NCBI GenBank assembly: GCA_934746515.1 | Contig: CAKVFH010000002.1 | Location: 1,576-65,575 of the forward strand | Direction: 5' to 3' | Source of the DNA: an uncultured Clostridia bacterium | GTDB taxonomy: Bacteria > Bacillota > Clostridia > Christensenellales > UBA1242 | Length of the DNA: 64,000 bases | In this document: piece after piece, positions 55,401 to 62,703 of the stretch | How the letters are laid out: each line of letters opens with the position of its first letter | Numbering within the stretch: the stretch's first letter is position 1 | Position numbers and translations under genes: made by a program | The notes under the pieces: model-generated | The model's input: only the letters and a program-made list of their open reading frames with translations | The model's database searches: none | What the model was told of the DNA's origin: nothing

Positions 55401-57514
55401 ATTCCATATTGAGCTTGATTTTCGGCTGATAGTTTATAAGAAAAATATCTTTCTCTCGCACTCGTTGTTGGGATTAAAAATGTACCATTATCTGTATTGC
55501 CTGAACCAAAGCCAGCAAAAGCATAATATGTGCCATTGATATAAATGTAATTAACACCATTGATTTTGTAAACTTCAAAATCTACACCACTGACAAAATC
55601 GGTGAATTTGTTTGTTCTTCTGAGTCCGTTTGAAAGTGAAAGATCCTTGAAATATTCATAAATCAAAACTTGTGATGTGAATCCCCAAGTATCCGAATTA
55701 TTCAAGTCAAAAGTTTTGCTATCTCTACCAGTTAATTTTAAGTTTTTGGTACCATTCTTTTGGATTGTCAAAACTGTGTTTGTGAAATAGTTAACTTCTG
55801 GATCTATTACGTCCAAAACAAAGTATGCATGACCATAATCATCAAAATATTCAGTTGATTCTTTTAGTCTATAATATGTTCCATTGAGTTTAACACAATA
55901 AAGTGTGTGCTCTTCTGAATAGGTCTTTGTGTTTGAATTATAATTTCTATAAGTCATTTCCAAAGCGTCAAGTTTTGCACCATATTTTTGCAAATCTTCA
56001 AGAGTATAATCTTCCAATGTGTTGTTTGTTGAACCAAAGGCATTTTGGAAGCGATAATATTCATAAACAATGATTTGGTCTGAATATGTCCAAGTGGTTG
56101 AATCATCAAGTCTGAAACCACTCAATCTGTTCCAGTTGTTATCATAAACAGTTGAAAGTTTCAAAAAGGCTTTTCTGGTTGCCCAAGAAACAAGATTTGT
56201 GAAATCACCTGAATCATCTCTTTCCATTTCATTAAATTTTGATGTTTCACCATTAACGCCCAAAAGTGTTGAAGCGGTTTTAAGAGCATCAGAAATTGGT
56301 GAAGTTAAGTCAAGTTTTGTTGTTAAACTTAAAGAATAAGAGTCATCTGTTAAATCTGCCGCATTTGTTGTGAGTGAAGGACTGTTTACAATTTCAGCAT
56401 TGCGATATTTGATGTTCAATGAAATATCTGAAAGTGCATTTCCGTCATTATCTATCTGTGCAGAGATATTATCAACATACTTCCAGCAGATATCTGGTTC
56501 TGACATTGCTTTGACATAATATTTGATATTATATCTTTGACAATAGTCAACAAAATCAGCCAAAACATAGTATTGTTCTCTCGTGCAGATAAAATTTTCA
56601 AAATAATCACCAAGATCTTCATAAACTGTGTTATTTATAGTGAGAGAATAGTTTTTGTAACTCTCCCATGTTCCACCAGAGTTTGTTGTTGATTTCTCAA
56701 AAGGCAAGAAACTATCGTTTGCAAAAGCACCACCGATAGCTTTTAAAATTTCTTGAGTTTTTGGGTCTTGAATTGATTTTTTGATTTCTTCATCGCTGCG
56801 AGAAGCACCAAACGCGTTCTCCATTGAATAAACATTGATTGTTATTGGAATACGCTTGTTTGCATTTGCATAAGCTCTGTATCTATTTGCATCATAAGTT
56901 GATGCTGCAAGCACATTTCCAGCAATTGTTGTGTCGCTGTAATTTCCTATCGCACGATAAAATGATGTTAAAATTGCATTAGTTCCAACAATCAGTGTGT
57001 AGAAAATAAGTGGCATTAAGAAAATTGTGACAATATTTCTTAATAAAATTTTGATTAGTTTTCCCTTTTGGTTATCGGCTTTTTGATAGCCATTTGTTGC
57101 AAGCTTATATTCTTGCATAACCATAGAAATTATTGTAAATACAATCATCAAAATGATTGCAACACCGAAAACTGCTCTGAAAATTTTTAACAAATAATCA
57201 TAATAATTTGATCCGTTTGTTGTGATAGATTTCAGACCATCAATATATTCTCCAAGCGATGTGCTTGTGTTTGTTTTTAAATCTAGTCCTAAAAGTCTTG
57301 TGAATGCAAGTTGCATTGCATCAATAATGCCTAAAACCCATTTAGTAACATACCAAATATACTTTGTAATAAAATTCCACACAACACCAAATACATTCAT
57401 AAATGTATTTGCAATTGTTCTGCCAATCATCTTAAGCCAAACCAAAGGCCAAGACGCATCAGCAACAAAATTTGCAGCACTATTTGTTAGGAATTTGCTT
57501 ACAAAATTTAACAT
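46445..57514 (-). CDS. 3,689-aa giant polytopic membrane protein with tandem Trp/Tyr-signature modules (VirB6-position component, family unknown)
   Basis: Uninterrupted 11,070-nt ORF in AT-rich DNA; across the same span the other frames give only 60-135-aa fragments. The ATG follows AAGGAGAA. It has TM helices at aa ~110-180 and ~3398-3535, an ectodomain of about 3,200 aa and an A/K-rich C-terminal tail. Confidence 0.85.
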   Translation of the reverse strand: MLNFVSKFLTNSAANFVADASWPLVWLKMIGRTIANTFMNVFGVVWNFITKYIWYVTKWVLGIIDAMQLAFTRLLGLDLKTNTSTSLGEYIDGLKSITTNGSNYYDYLLKIFRAVFGVAIILMIVFTIISMVMQEYKLATNGYQKADNQKGKLIKILLRNIVTIFLMPLIFYTLIVGTNAILTSFYRAIGNYSDTTIAGNVLAASTYDANRYRAYANANKRIPITINVYSMENAFGASRSDEEIKKSIQDPKTQEILKAIGGAFANDSFLPFEKSTTNSGGTWESYKNYSLTINNTVYEDLGDYFENFICTREQYYVLADFVDYCQRYNIKYYVKAMSEPDICWKYVDNISAQIDNDGNALSDISLNIKYRNAEIVNSPSLTTNAADLTDDSYSLSLTTKLDLTSPISDALKTASTLLGVNGETSKFNEMERDDSGDFTNLVSWATRKAFLKLSTVYDNNWNRLSGFRLDDSTTWTYSDQIIVYEYYRFQNAFGSTNNTLEDYTLEDLQKYGAKLDALEMTYRNYNSNTKTYSEEHTLYCVKLNGTYYRLKESTEYFDDYGHAYFVLDVIDPEVNYFTNTVLTIQKNGTKNLKLTGRDSKTFDLNNSDTWGFTSQVLIYEYFKDLSLSNGLRRTNKFTDFVSGVDFEVYKINGVNYIYINGTYYAFAGFGSGNTDNGTFLIPTTSARERYFSYKLSAENQAQYGIGNLGSLFTTAEPAAFTQIKETNAYYQKYSKMNTKLSEDFSFYNSDTWTFRDYALMYLYITKISGTTGNTITTDSLRVFGLSGDIGVSSGGKYYMSIKVGTTTYYLDLEEFSKTSELKITSTISPDLFDNMNLGLSGVDLVSNYTENLDTDRLINSAVSTKVFYLSETFDAYNARTWTIGDYLMIYLTSNGIINIDIGMIELQGYSSVIYEVDGKRYYRFGRFGDGNAFYLDESQISELGYTVEKWFNTNLMSYILVQMYGLDPSDIEFNENDFAGGVVSNPDAYIYSMNGDYTNIKSIQYALAREILKKEAVKNDITMLDYTYSNPEINANDLSTWRYLDLIIFELTGTLPTTENPYKTRLFNSTNIYMEVGDYFVDISSVGLKQCLTDSGKLLTNRLFAKNSRSFSTLNNFNIYYNNNFANSTADSLTDETSLGKFYYYSTNLKGSGNANFSINTIYSDLDMVLVKNNVPMTSDGYYLFDAYSQNGETYIKLKDGLYLGISSRTSALIYFETNSLISKQASIFAKDGEYSSFGGTVNQFDALLYSILNSSQSQTYTIYKFKGDNTKYIKINDTILFYDETLAANSVSTGQFSKEEYVDLLYNLYYKDTFVRDSMPSVKNEYSSIAINAPSDMDFEAYSSWTGIEIILKQLGVADISDCKLLEDRNGKFYLYDEESNKYIILDGLVNVSLIYTSGNVTGATLANAEYEKMMWRLFNLNVLDATVDKFNTPKYFSNSSLDISATGSFSTFKTDVTSYVEQLADLSNTYRNWTLMGLFSAYIDPNRNNQYVYQYYADGSSYYVFEGVDETYIIPSDFNLFEKQLFTYTAAISIVSGSPLSSIIASKGYSCMGVYELTKIKDDSGKGYIIYNMYSSSENKNYGVFGLPDANVASNTLWYLKVAETPHYVDGNPIYDVDQITDLNRASIFEKKTLPISQSGSWNIIDFVVSYTTGTTLGSYIASVVYVYQGRYYVKFNETYVMIPVSGDFKNVFKGVSNNKGEIVDTSVIKLMYALTTIKPCAVQRKLIGNVTISDGIDTFENENLRKATSGALQKVDFSDAFDVSDYTTWKVSDYIIYYAFSNGYFGNSEFKISFPFVYVPKFSKEGDNYYGLTYMDVILSKFYGTETVDGVTQYKYLTSAKSSYKFNVIYPTAGSEATKNYYLEMIDTTGLVETNKVICISDEVALNFMKMQIESLEIDEILTNETMSEKIEEIKTRSWIDKASLISGTDVLKTTFTATNFQTFANAGGVPARTYYLYKEDETSGSTTIQKVIDFSAIDTGKTGSYFNYNKFFEFYDKFLKGYLTTTKVNELDIAISTTNPGAPANTLVMKLEYSQVFPDLEFDNYFYFNLNSEILKDSGLMNVPQTVSEAIKTGESSLERGTLNLRFSSEDFKLKDISNWTVLDYIMVYEYSREGIRHNKFKGMSFEELMTDDYYINDIYIDGDKIYLYINYNFYNISGIVEKNGDVYVGKTTKMNATKYEDLKTTLADTVDPTKTLNGLVTASDANINKYDFRALYETLDLSLNPTYVGSMQVTRDKNNISYQIGDVIYFKYIDTNVADANFRINVSRFGKYSVKTLIKTVSWVEKLMNDMQIYYPDLNWGVLLATDGWLDTLGEFTSAYTNGLYISGQNSSNTTAAGLVLSEFFMSVATEVSDSYANYEYSSVFDKNTIRALMLSLMGEECYNALVFEAEVFMDYFNSCFAPIIDDFATEFGEDIGSNSLRLCAYKSYLATLLLGSDIGEYLYTVATRVYSEYTIGEYLASAVGDYASYYSYVNNLKDEEGNTIDSFEYATFEQLVRYENEYCGNNQPTFTFNFKKAYSKYKDKTTAGDKLGYNYDTVVSSSLYYTLTLKEVIEAMDNDYKDIYNNGYTISESGKVIDSESQEVESYAGKEYIFCYMIHVYWEIKYELGRRGEPIYLSQYKSYIDGNISRWNILKGENIDTADQYYETAGMDKAKLVLYKGLSFATTVRLYLPGIALSDNNNEGIVGKLKSLLEILDKINTFKDSIGDSIRDNGILPIVNAYDLFDNNASLTADLDFIKDNSVSIYFRMSFSEDSSFQIVDILKDVIDKLLPADLSTETSWAKILEFSERLDSIIGELQAIRFTLPGETTDNGCDRQIGDTSHYYSDTQLDAILSAFQDLKYNINQYITAQRRIDQMYKRSITFTLAQFGANYVSSGYSFSVRNKNYTFKSNTDPSRLAEYVYGGAFLEKVGVGAQYTTAEFEGIVKASKVYDNVDKVLKTNLDTWPELRRFLSKIADETAEIYFMTNLGDLDTGKVNAVKISDAISCSFIDSTGATITASSIEEMLYSIMASQIDSNIVNRLIDGKDNVHDKFVAVALYLFSNEVDAEELEDITYEDFKRIVLQKLIDNEQNTSETPEERSARYMALFNLIGLQIDFSSDGKEVGRIIPKANITRNADNSLTYQEIVKIYNSNNGDKSQVENYAGTGDLKAVFTLSDNTLEVVKKLSGLENRPTREVLTRQYSGTRTGDYYDEAYGDSFIVCTYKNGLYYPLIGSGSYRYSSDKYDEYLEKIYDSKPFVTDYYDTGGYVVVMKGVITADGYPTAIRKYNNPLVIEQKRLIGSSSETYNAVTYYRTNVGGNFGSGEDLIDASKAVSRITTKNYTKYVSGTSYTKGIGSATTYTGKTNLKTIVKSDVNTNFVQSKVEYLMLQSDEFGAIDVLDDFSYFYLFGGQTWVLLMLAFVTIIPVMINALGGVVTRIFDLIVLFIASPLVISTNSLYPDGKNKTYTNWKKNIESVLLGVFGYIIGFSSFTIIVPMIYSVKTFVSVETFNKIVSIGGIGGFFSYPTINNLVRCLWVITAVSILERMPKLILPIITANHGNLSSPDPGLGEGSRKFLDKAKEVKSSVEKTAAQIGSVVSGKAMLGLMQEAKETALSMIPGYEVGKAAKEKFVDPMVDKVKNIKIQAEQKAIEVALQGAGIDPVTAKAAGAAVAEADKKKQEAKKKDKEQMQKFKQDFQKNFE
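51155..56107 (-). repeat. protein-level tandem module array inside the giant ORF
   Basis: About 10 copies of a [D/N][S/T]xTW-x3-DY-hh-Y-hY signature occur every ~130-170 aa, each followed by a G-x-YY / YYxh strand-like motif. The Trp codons have upper coordinates 56092, 55687, 55261, 54874, 54394, 53479, 53092, 52585, 52201 and 51205. Confidence 0.7.
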
Positions 57515-57537
57515 TTGTTATGTTTTCTCCTTTTGGA

Positions 57538-60228
57538 TTATTTTGCGTCGTCTCTGAGTTTTTCGAATAAGTTTCTAACTCTGTCGTTAACCAAGACATC
57601 GACATTTGTTCTTGAGTAAGGACTTGTCATCAAGAACGCCCTACCACGAGGGTTTGTACAAATTGTGTCTTGCTCTTTTTCGTTGATTTTTCCGGCTTTT
57701 TCATAAAGAACAACCAAGTCGGTGATATCTTGTGGAGCAAGTGAGAAGATGAGTGAATATTGACAAGCATTGATAATAGCCATTGATTTTCTTGCAATTT
57801 CAGGCGAACCAGTAAAGTCTTTGATGTTCTGTGTGATAACAATTTGAGAACCTTCATATTTTCTGATACGTTTTGCCATTTGTTGCATGAAGTCAAGAGC
57901 AACGGTTTTTCTAGGATCGATGAATACATGGGCTTCATCGATAACTACAATAACTTTTCTTTTTGTGTGGAATCTCGCGTTGTAATCCTTGTTATTGATA
58001 ACTTCGTTGTTAAGCCAACGCATAACCAAAAGCATTTGCGCATTTGCAACAGCGCCGGCATTATTTGCAAGAAGTGATTGGAAGTTAAACACGATGAAGT
58101 TTTCTGCTGAAGAAATTGTTGATGGACCATTCCAAAGAACCGCGTTTCTTCCGCCTTCAGCAAATTTATTAAGATAGATTTTCAAAATCTTATAGTTGTT
58201 TCTGTTATAATCATCTGTTGAGTTTTCATAAAGCTCACAAATGTAGTTGTAAAGGTCTTGCATGATTGGGAACTGCTCTGGCTTTACATTTTCAATTTGA
58301 GTTGAATTTGTGATACCAAACTTACCATAAAGCTCTTTTAATGCTTCATTCAAAAGTTCCATGCCGTCCATTGTAATACCATCAAGAATCATTCCGAAGA
58401 ATGTTTCCAAGAACTGCATGTGCATAGCAAGAGCAACATTACCGCCACCTGCTTCTTCATCGTCTTGAGAAGCATTAACTTGAAGTGGATTGATACGACC
58501 TTCACGAGCAGAACCTACATCAATAACTTTTCCGTACATATTTTTAGCAATGATGTCATATTCTTTTTCAGGGTCGAGAATGAAGATTTTACTGTTATCA
58601 GCAGCAAGGTTTGCAAGGATTGATTTGGTACAGAATGATTTACCGCAACCAGATTTACCCATGATAACCATGTTTGAATTGATACGCTCTTTGTCTCTTT
58701 GGAAGAAATCCAAAAATACTGGTTCAGAGTTCATACCAACATAGAAGCCTTTAGGGTCTTGAATAGCATCTGAAACAAATGGGAAAATTGCTGCAAGTGA
58801 TGAAGAATTCAAACCTCTTTCAAAACGACGAAGTTTCATACGTCTTGAAACATTGCAGTTTGTGAAACCTTCTTTTTGTTTTCCGAAAAGGTCGTAGCAT
58901 CTAAAACCTGCACGAAGAACTTGTGTTCTAAATGCTTTCTTTTGTTCTTGTTCAACCATCATATAGATGTTTGTATCCAAAAGCATTTCTGAACCTTGCT
59001 TAATATAGGTTAAAAGCTCTGTCAAAGTTTTTAAGTGGGTTTCATTTTCCAAAACCGCAGAAGCCTTTGCACTGCCTTCAGAACCCGCCATTCTAACATT
59101 GATGATAGCCTTATCCAAACGCTTTTCAGCTTCATCTTGACCAACTGGTTTAAACTTAACGCAAACTTTGGCGCCAGGAACAGAGAAGAATGCTCTTCCC
59201 CAAGCATTTGGAACAGACAATGGATATTCAGAAAGTTGGAATACTGTTTGCGCTTTTCCATCAATTGAAAGTCTGTTTAAACCAAAGGTAACTTTGTCTG
59301 GAGCAACCCAGTCCAAAAGTTCTTTTGGATCAAGTTTTTTAACATCTCTTTCATCAAAATTCGAATTATAAAAACTCTTTAAGAAAATTGCTGTTTGGTT
59401 TCTGTCAAGAATTTTTGGTTCAATTGCACCGCCAGAACCACTTTCAATTGTGCTTGCTGCAAAGTTTACAACTTGCAAAAGGTTTTTAATGTTTTGACAG
59501 AAGAACGCAATATACATGTGGTCTTTGATAACAGGAAATTCACTGTCAACATTCATTTGCTCAAGGTTTTGAATTCTGGCTTCAGCGATTTCAAGTCTTG
59601 GTCTAGCTTCGTTAATGTTTGTTGAACCATTTCTAACTGAATCAAGAATTTCTTCTCTCTTTTTGCATTCGTTGTCAATGTAGTTATCAAAAACCATAGG
59701 TCTTGAAAATTTGTAAATTGCACCAAGTTCATCTGTGCCGATTGTCTTGAATGCATTTTCCAAAGTTTCAATATATGAATTTTGTCTGGTTTCAGAAATC
59801 AAATAAAACTGGATTGAGTTAAGTTCGATTGCTGCACCAAAATATTCTTTGTAATCAATAATACCGATTTTTCTCTTTTCGTCGTAATCTTGTTCCAAGA
59901 TGCCAATGTATGGGAAAAGTGCTTTTACGTCTTTGTTTGAGCCAGAAGATTTTTTCATTCTTTTGTAGGTGTTTATACCAAAGAAATATTTAAACAAATC
60001 ACCCACTTGATTATACATTTTTACGCCTGGTTCAAAACTCATAAAAAGAATACCAAAAACAAGACCAGTGACACCAGTTAGTACAAGTTTTGTTACAGTC
60101 GAAAAACCACTTGTCCAAGCAAGTGCAAGAATAATAAGTGCGAATAAAATGACAAAAATGTCTCCAAAATTCAAACCCTTAATAAACTCAACTTTAACTT
60201 TAGTTGACTTAGGTATCATTCTCTCCAT
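57538..60228 (-). CDS. VirB4/TraE-like T4SS ATPase with N-terminal VirB3-like membrane hairpin
   Basis: 896 aa from the ATG at 60228, 9 nt after AGGAGAA (the ORF-track start at 60306 is TTG). It has two TM helices near the N-terminus, Walker A GKSGCGKS (58636-58659), ILDPEKEY and Walker B VIVVIDEAH (57928-57954), then ..QIVITQNIKDF. Size and motif order fit VirB4-class members of the FtsK/HerA superfamily. Confidence 0.75.
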   Translation of the reverse strand: MERMIPKSTKVKVEFIKGLNFGDIFVILFALIILALAWTSGFSTVTKLVLTGVTGLVFGILFMSFEPGVKMYNQVGDLFKYFFGINTYKRMKKSSGSNKDVKALFPYIGILEQDYDEKRKIGIIDYKEYFGAAIELNSIQFYLISETRQNSYIETLENAFKTIGTDELGAIYKFSRPMVFDNYIDNECKKREEILDSVRNGSTNINEARPRLEIAEARIQNLEQMNVDSEFPVIKDHMYIAFFCQNIKNLLQVVNFAASTIESGSGGAIEPKILDRNQTAIFLKSFYNSNFDERDVKKLDPKELLDWVAPDKVTFGLNRLSIDGKAQTVFQLSEYPLSVPNAWGRAFFSVPGAKVCVKFKPVGQDEAEKRLDKAIINVRMAGSEGSAKASAVLENETHLKTLTELLTYIKQGSEMLLDTNIYMMVEQEQKKAFRTQVLRAGFRCYDLFGKQKEGFTNCNVSRRMKLRRFERGLNSSSLAAIFPFVSDAIQDPKGFYVGMNSEPVFLDFFQRDKERINSNMVIMGKSGCGKSFCTKSILANLAADNSKIFILDPEKEYDIIAKNMYGKVIDVGSAREGRINPLQVNASQDDEEAGGGNVALAMHMQFLETFFGMILDGITMDGMELLNEALKELYGKFGITNSTQIENVKPEQFPIMQDLYNYICELYENSTDDYNRNNYKILKIYLNKFAEGGRNAVLWNGPSTISSAENFIVFNFQSLLANNAGAVANAQMLLVMRWLNNEVINNKDYNARFHTKRKVIVVIDEAHVFIDPRKTVALDFMQQMAKRIRKYEGSQIVITQNIKDFTGSPEIARKSMAIINACQYSLIFSLAPQDITDLVVLYEKAGKINEKEQDTICTNPRGRAFLMTSPYSRTNVDVLVNDRVRNLFEKLRDDAK

Positions 60229-60315
60229 AAATGTAAATTCTCCTATATATAATAGTATATAACTTTCGCGTTTTTCAAGCAAATATATACTTGCATTTTG
60301 TGACAAAAATATGCT

Positions 60316-62661
60316 TTATTTTTTATTTTTTGCCAGTGTTACATCACCAATTTCGACATTCATTGATTTTAATTTTTTAATTAAATCACTTTCAATTTTT
60401 GTGAGTCTTTGATTATATTTTTCAAGTTCATTTATAATCGCTTCTTCATACGATTTTGCAGGGCCTTCCATTTGAGATTTAAAGAATTTTTGAGTCTTCT
60501 TTAAGTCACGAATATTCGAACCAAAATCATCTTCAAGTTTGTCTTCAAGTTTTGCAATATAATCGATAATCTCTGTGCAATTTGTGCCAGCAAAAGTAGC
60601 TTTCATATTTTGAACTTGGTTTTTAAAATTCATAATGAAAGAAGCAACAATCTTTTCAATTTGTTTTCCTTCAATTGTGCCCTTTTCAATGTAATAAACT
60701 TCACCAAAAGCATCAACAGCAGGAAATGCGTATTTGTCAAGCACACTCTTTGAAGTGTTGAATGAAACTGCTTTGCTGGACTCTGAAGTGATTGCCTTGC
60801 TGATTTGCTGTGAAGCAAAATTATTTTCAAACGAAACCTTTCTTTGCATCGCGCTGTCAAGGGACGATTTGATAATTGCCATCTTTTTATTGTGCGAGTT
60901 GATGTCTTTGATAATCTTCTGCATTTGATTGTTATTTTCGTAAGAATAAGGCTTGCTTGTATAAGATTCAAGGTTTTCGCTGAGCTTATCCACAACAGAT
61001 TTTTCATAGATATATTTTGCATTCAATTCTTTCACTGACTGCAAAATTCGTTTGTATAATTCACCCTGCTCTTGACCTAAAGTGTCAACCACATTTTTAA
61101 TTTCTCTTGAAGCGATTTTTTCATCACGATCAATCAATATGCCACTGAGTCTTTCAAGTTTTTCTGTTCCAAGCGAGAAAAATTTGTTTCTATGCACAGT
61201 TTCTTCAAGTTTTTCAATGCGATCTGCAATAAACTTTTTAAGTTCGCTTTTCTTTGAACTTTCGGATTTTTTATCAAAATTTTTCTTATCTTTTTGAATG
61301 TATTCTGTGAACTCTTTTTGCAGATTAGAGTTTAAACTTTCAAATATACTTTCATAACCAATCAAATCTTCACGAAGCGATATGTTTTTAAGTTCTCTGT
61401 CGTATTCTTTAACCTTCATCGCGTCAAGATTTTTCTCTGTTTGAGTTTTTGCATTTGTTAATTGCTTGCCCAAAAATCCAGTGCAAACAGAAACTGACGC
61501 TGGAATATAAAATGAACGATATCTTAATCTAAAATTCACCTTTCTGAGTTCTTCATCAAATTGTTTTTCAATTTCATGTTCTTGCACAGAAATTGGGCTT
61601 GAAGAAAGATTTTGACTTCTAAAAGAAAGTGCGTTGCTAACCTTTTGATTATAAAGCTTGTCTGCGATTTCTGGGAAATTTTGTTCAAATTCAATGGCAA
61701 ATTGTCTGCCATTGCCCTTATAAAACTTAACGAAATTGTCAAATTTTTCACGCATAACATTTAGTTCAATTAGTCTAGCCTTATTCTTTTCGTCTCTTGA
61801 TTCGTCAGTCTTTGTTTTTGAGAATAATTCACTCCCCTTAACGAGTTTCATTTTATTCATTTGAAGACCTGAAGCACTTACAACTGACTTAACTGTTGTG
61901 AACTTTTTTGATCCGTTTCTATATGAAGTTTGATTGTTTAAGAAACCATATTTTTCCAAATATGTTTCCATTTTTTGTTTACTGTCTTGCCTAACCTTTG
62001 TTTCAGCAACTCTTTGAAGTTTATCAAGTTTTTCAGCAAACATTTTAATTCTAATTTTTATTAAAGCTTTCTTTTGATCATCTGTTAAATTTTGAAACTT
62101 GAATTGATCGCCAATAACATTGCCGTTTTTGTCAAGCTGTCTATCGTACTCTTTTAAAAAGTATTTGTTAGACATTCTGTCAAGATTGATACTTGCAATT
62201 TTGCTGAAATAGGTTTCAATAAAATTGTTAAAATTAGGTCCAAATTCAATCCTGTCGTTTCTAATAGCTTTTGTTGAATTATATCTTTCAATTTGTGCTT
62301 CAATTTCTTCCAGATTTTTCTTATGAAGTTCTTTAAATTTTTCAGGAATAGTTCTTTTAAAAGTGTCTCTTTCCAAAGGTATTGAAGAAAGAGAGCCAAC
62401 ATCTCTTAAAAATGATACAACTATATTTTTATTTTTTGGATAACTAACCATAGTGTAGTCATTCAAAACTACACTATAGTTATCCAATTCTTTTAAAGCT
62501 TGTTTTTTCAGCTGTTCCTGTCTTTTTTGATAGGCTTTCTTTTCTTCTTCAGACATTTGTTCGTAGTTTTTTGGCAGCTTAAAATCAATGACTTGCCTAC
62601 TCAGCTCATCAATTTGTTTTTTTAGCTGTTTAATTTCTTCTAAAATTTCTTCATTTTCCAT
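60316..62661 (-). CDS. 781-aa soluble K/E-rich, coiled-coil-looking protein
   Basis: Uninterrupted ORF; the ATG follows GGAGAT. There is no TM segment or signal peptide, but there are long heptad-like K/E/L/I stretches. I recognise no enzymatic motif. Confidence 0.7.
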   Translation of the reverse strand: MENEEILEEIKQLKKQIDELSRQVIDFKLPKNYEQMSEEEKKAYQKRQEQLKKQALKELDNYSVVLNDYTMVSYPKNKNIVVSFLRDVGSLSSIPLERDTFKRTIPEKFKELHKKNLEEIEAQIERYNSTKAIRNDRIEFGPNFNNFIETYFSKIASINLDRMSNKYFLKEYDRQLDKNGNVIGDQFKFQNLTDDQKKALIKIRIKMFAEKLDKLQRVAETKVRQDSKQKMETYLEKYGFLNNQTSYRNGSKKFTTVKSVVSASGLQMNKMKLVKGSELFSKTKTDESRDEKNKARLIELNVMREKFDNFVKFYKGNGRQFAIEFEQNFPEIADKLYNQKVSNALSFRSQNLSSSPISVQEHEIEKQFDEELRKVNFRLRYRSFYIPASVSVCTGFLGKQLTNAKTQTEKNLDAMKVKEYDRELKNISLREDLIGYESIFESLNSNLQKEFTEYIQKDKKNFDKKSESSKKSELKKFIADRIEKLEETVHRNKFFSLGTEKLERLSGILIDRDEKIASREIKNVVDTLGQEQGELYKRILQSVKELNAKYIYEKSVVDKLSENLESYTSKPYSYENNNQMQKIIKDINSHNKKMAIIKSSLDSAMQRKVSFENNFASQQISKAITSESSKAVSFNTSKSVLDKYAFPAVDAFGEVYYIEKGTIEGKQIEKIVASFIMNFKNQVQNMKATFAGTNCTEIIDYIAKLEDKLEDDFGSNIRDLKKTQKFFKSQMEGPAKSYEEAIINELEKYNQRLTKIESDLIKKLKSMNVEIGDVTLAKNKK

Positions 62662-62703
62662 TAACCTATCTCCAAAGTTTTATTTTGTGATATTTATTAA
62701 CTG

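Noticed and set aside
46445-57514. Whether the giant protein is an RHS/YD-repeat toxin, an LPXTG-anchored adhesin or an S-layer protein.
   Set aside because: I found no GxxxRYxYDxxGR-type YD repeats, no LPXTG sorting signal (LPGET at aa ~2811 does not fit), no SLH or cleavable signal peptide, and no recognisable C-terminal toxin domain. TM bundles at both ends argue for an integral membrane protein.
60229-60306. ORF-track 5' extensions that begin at TTG or GTG codons. Examples are 60306, 21839, 6212, 15820, 31201 and 23199, plus the longer versions at 2542, 12868, 37055, 37620 and 33117.
   Set aside because: In each case a downstream ATG has a proper SD at 5-10 nt and matches the known family N-terminus. 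In some cases the extension also crosses a promoter or the upstream stop codon. I kept the GTG at 25370 because a strong AAGGGGG SD precedes it.
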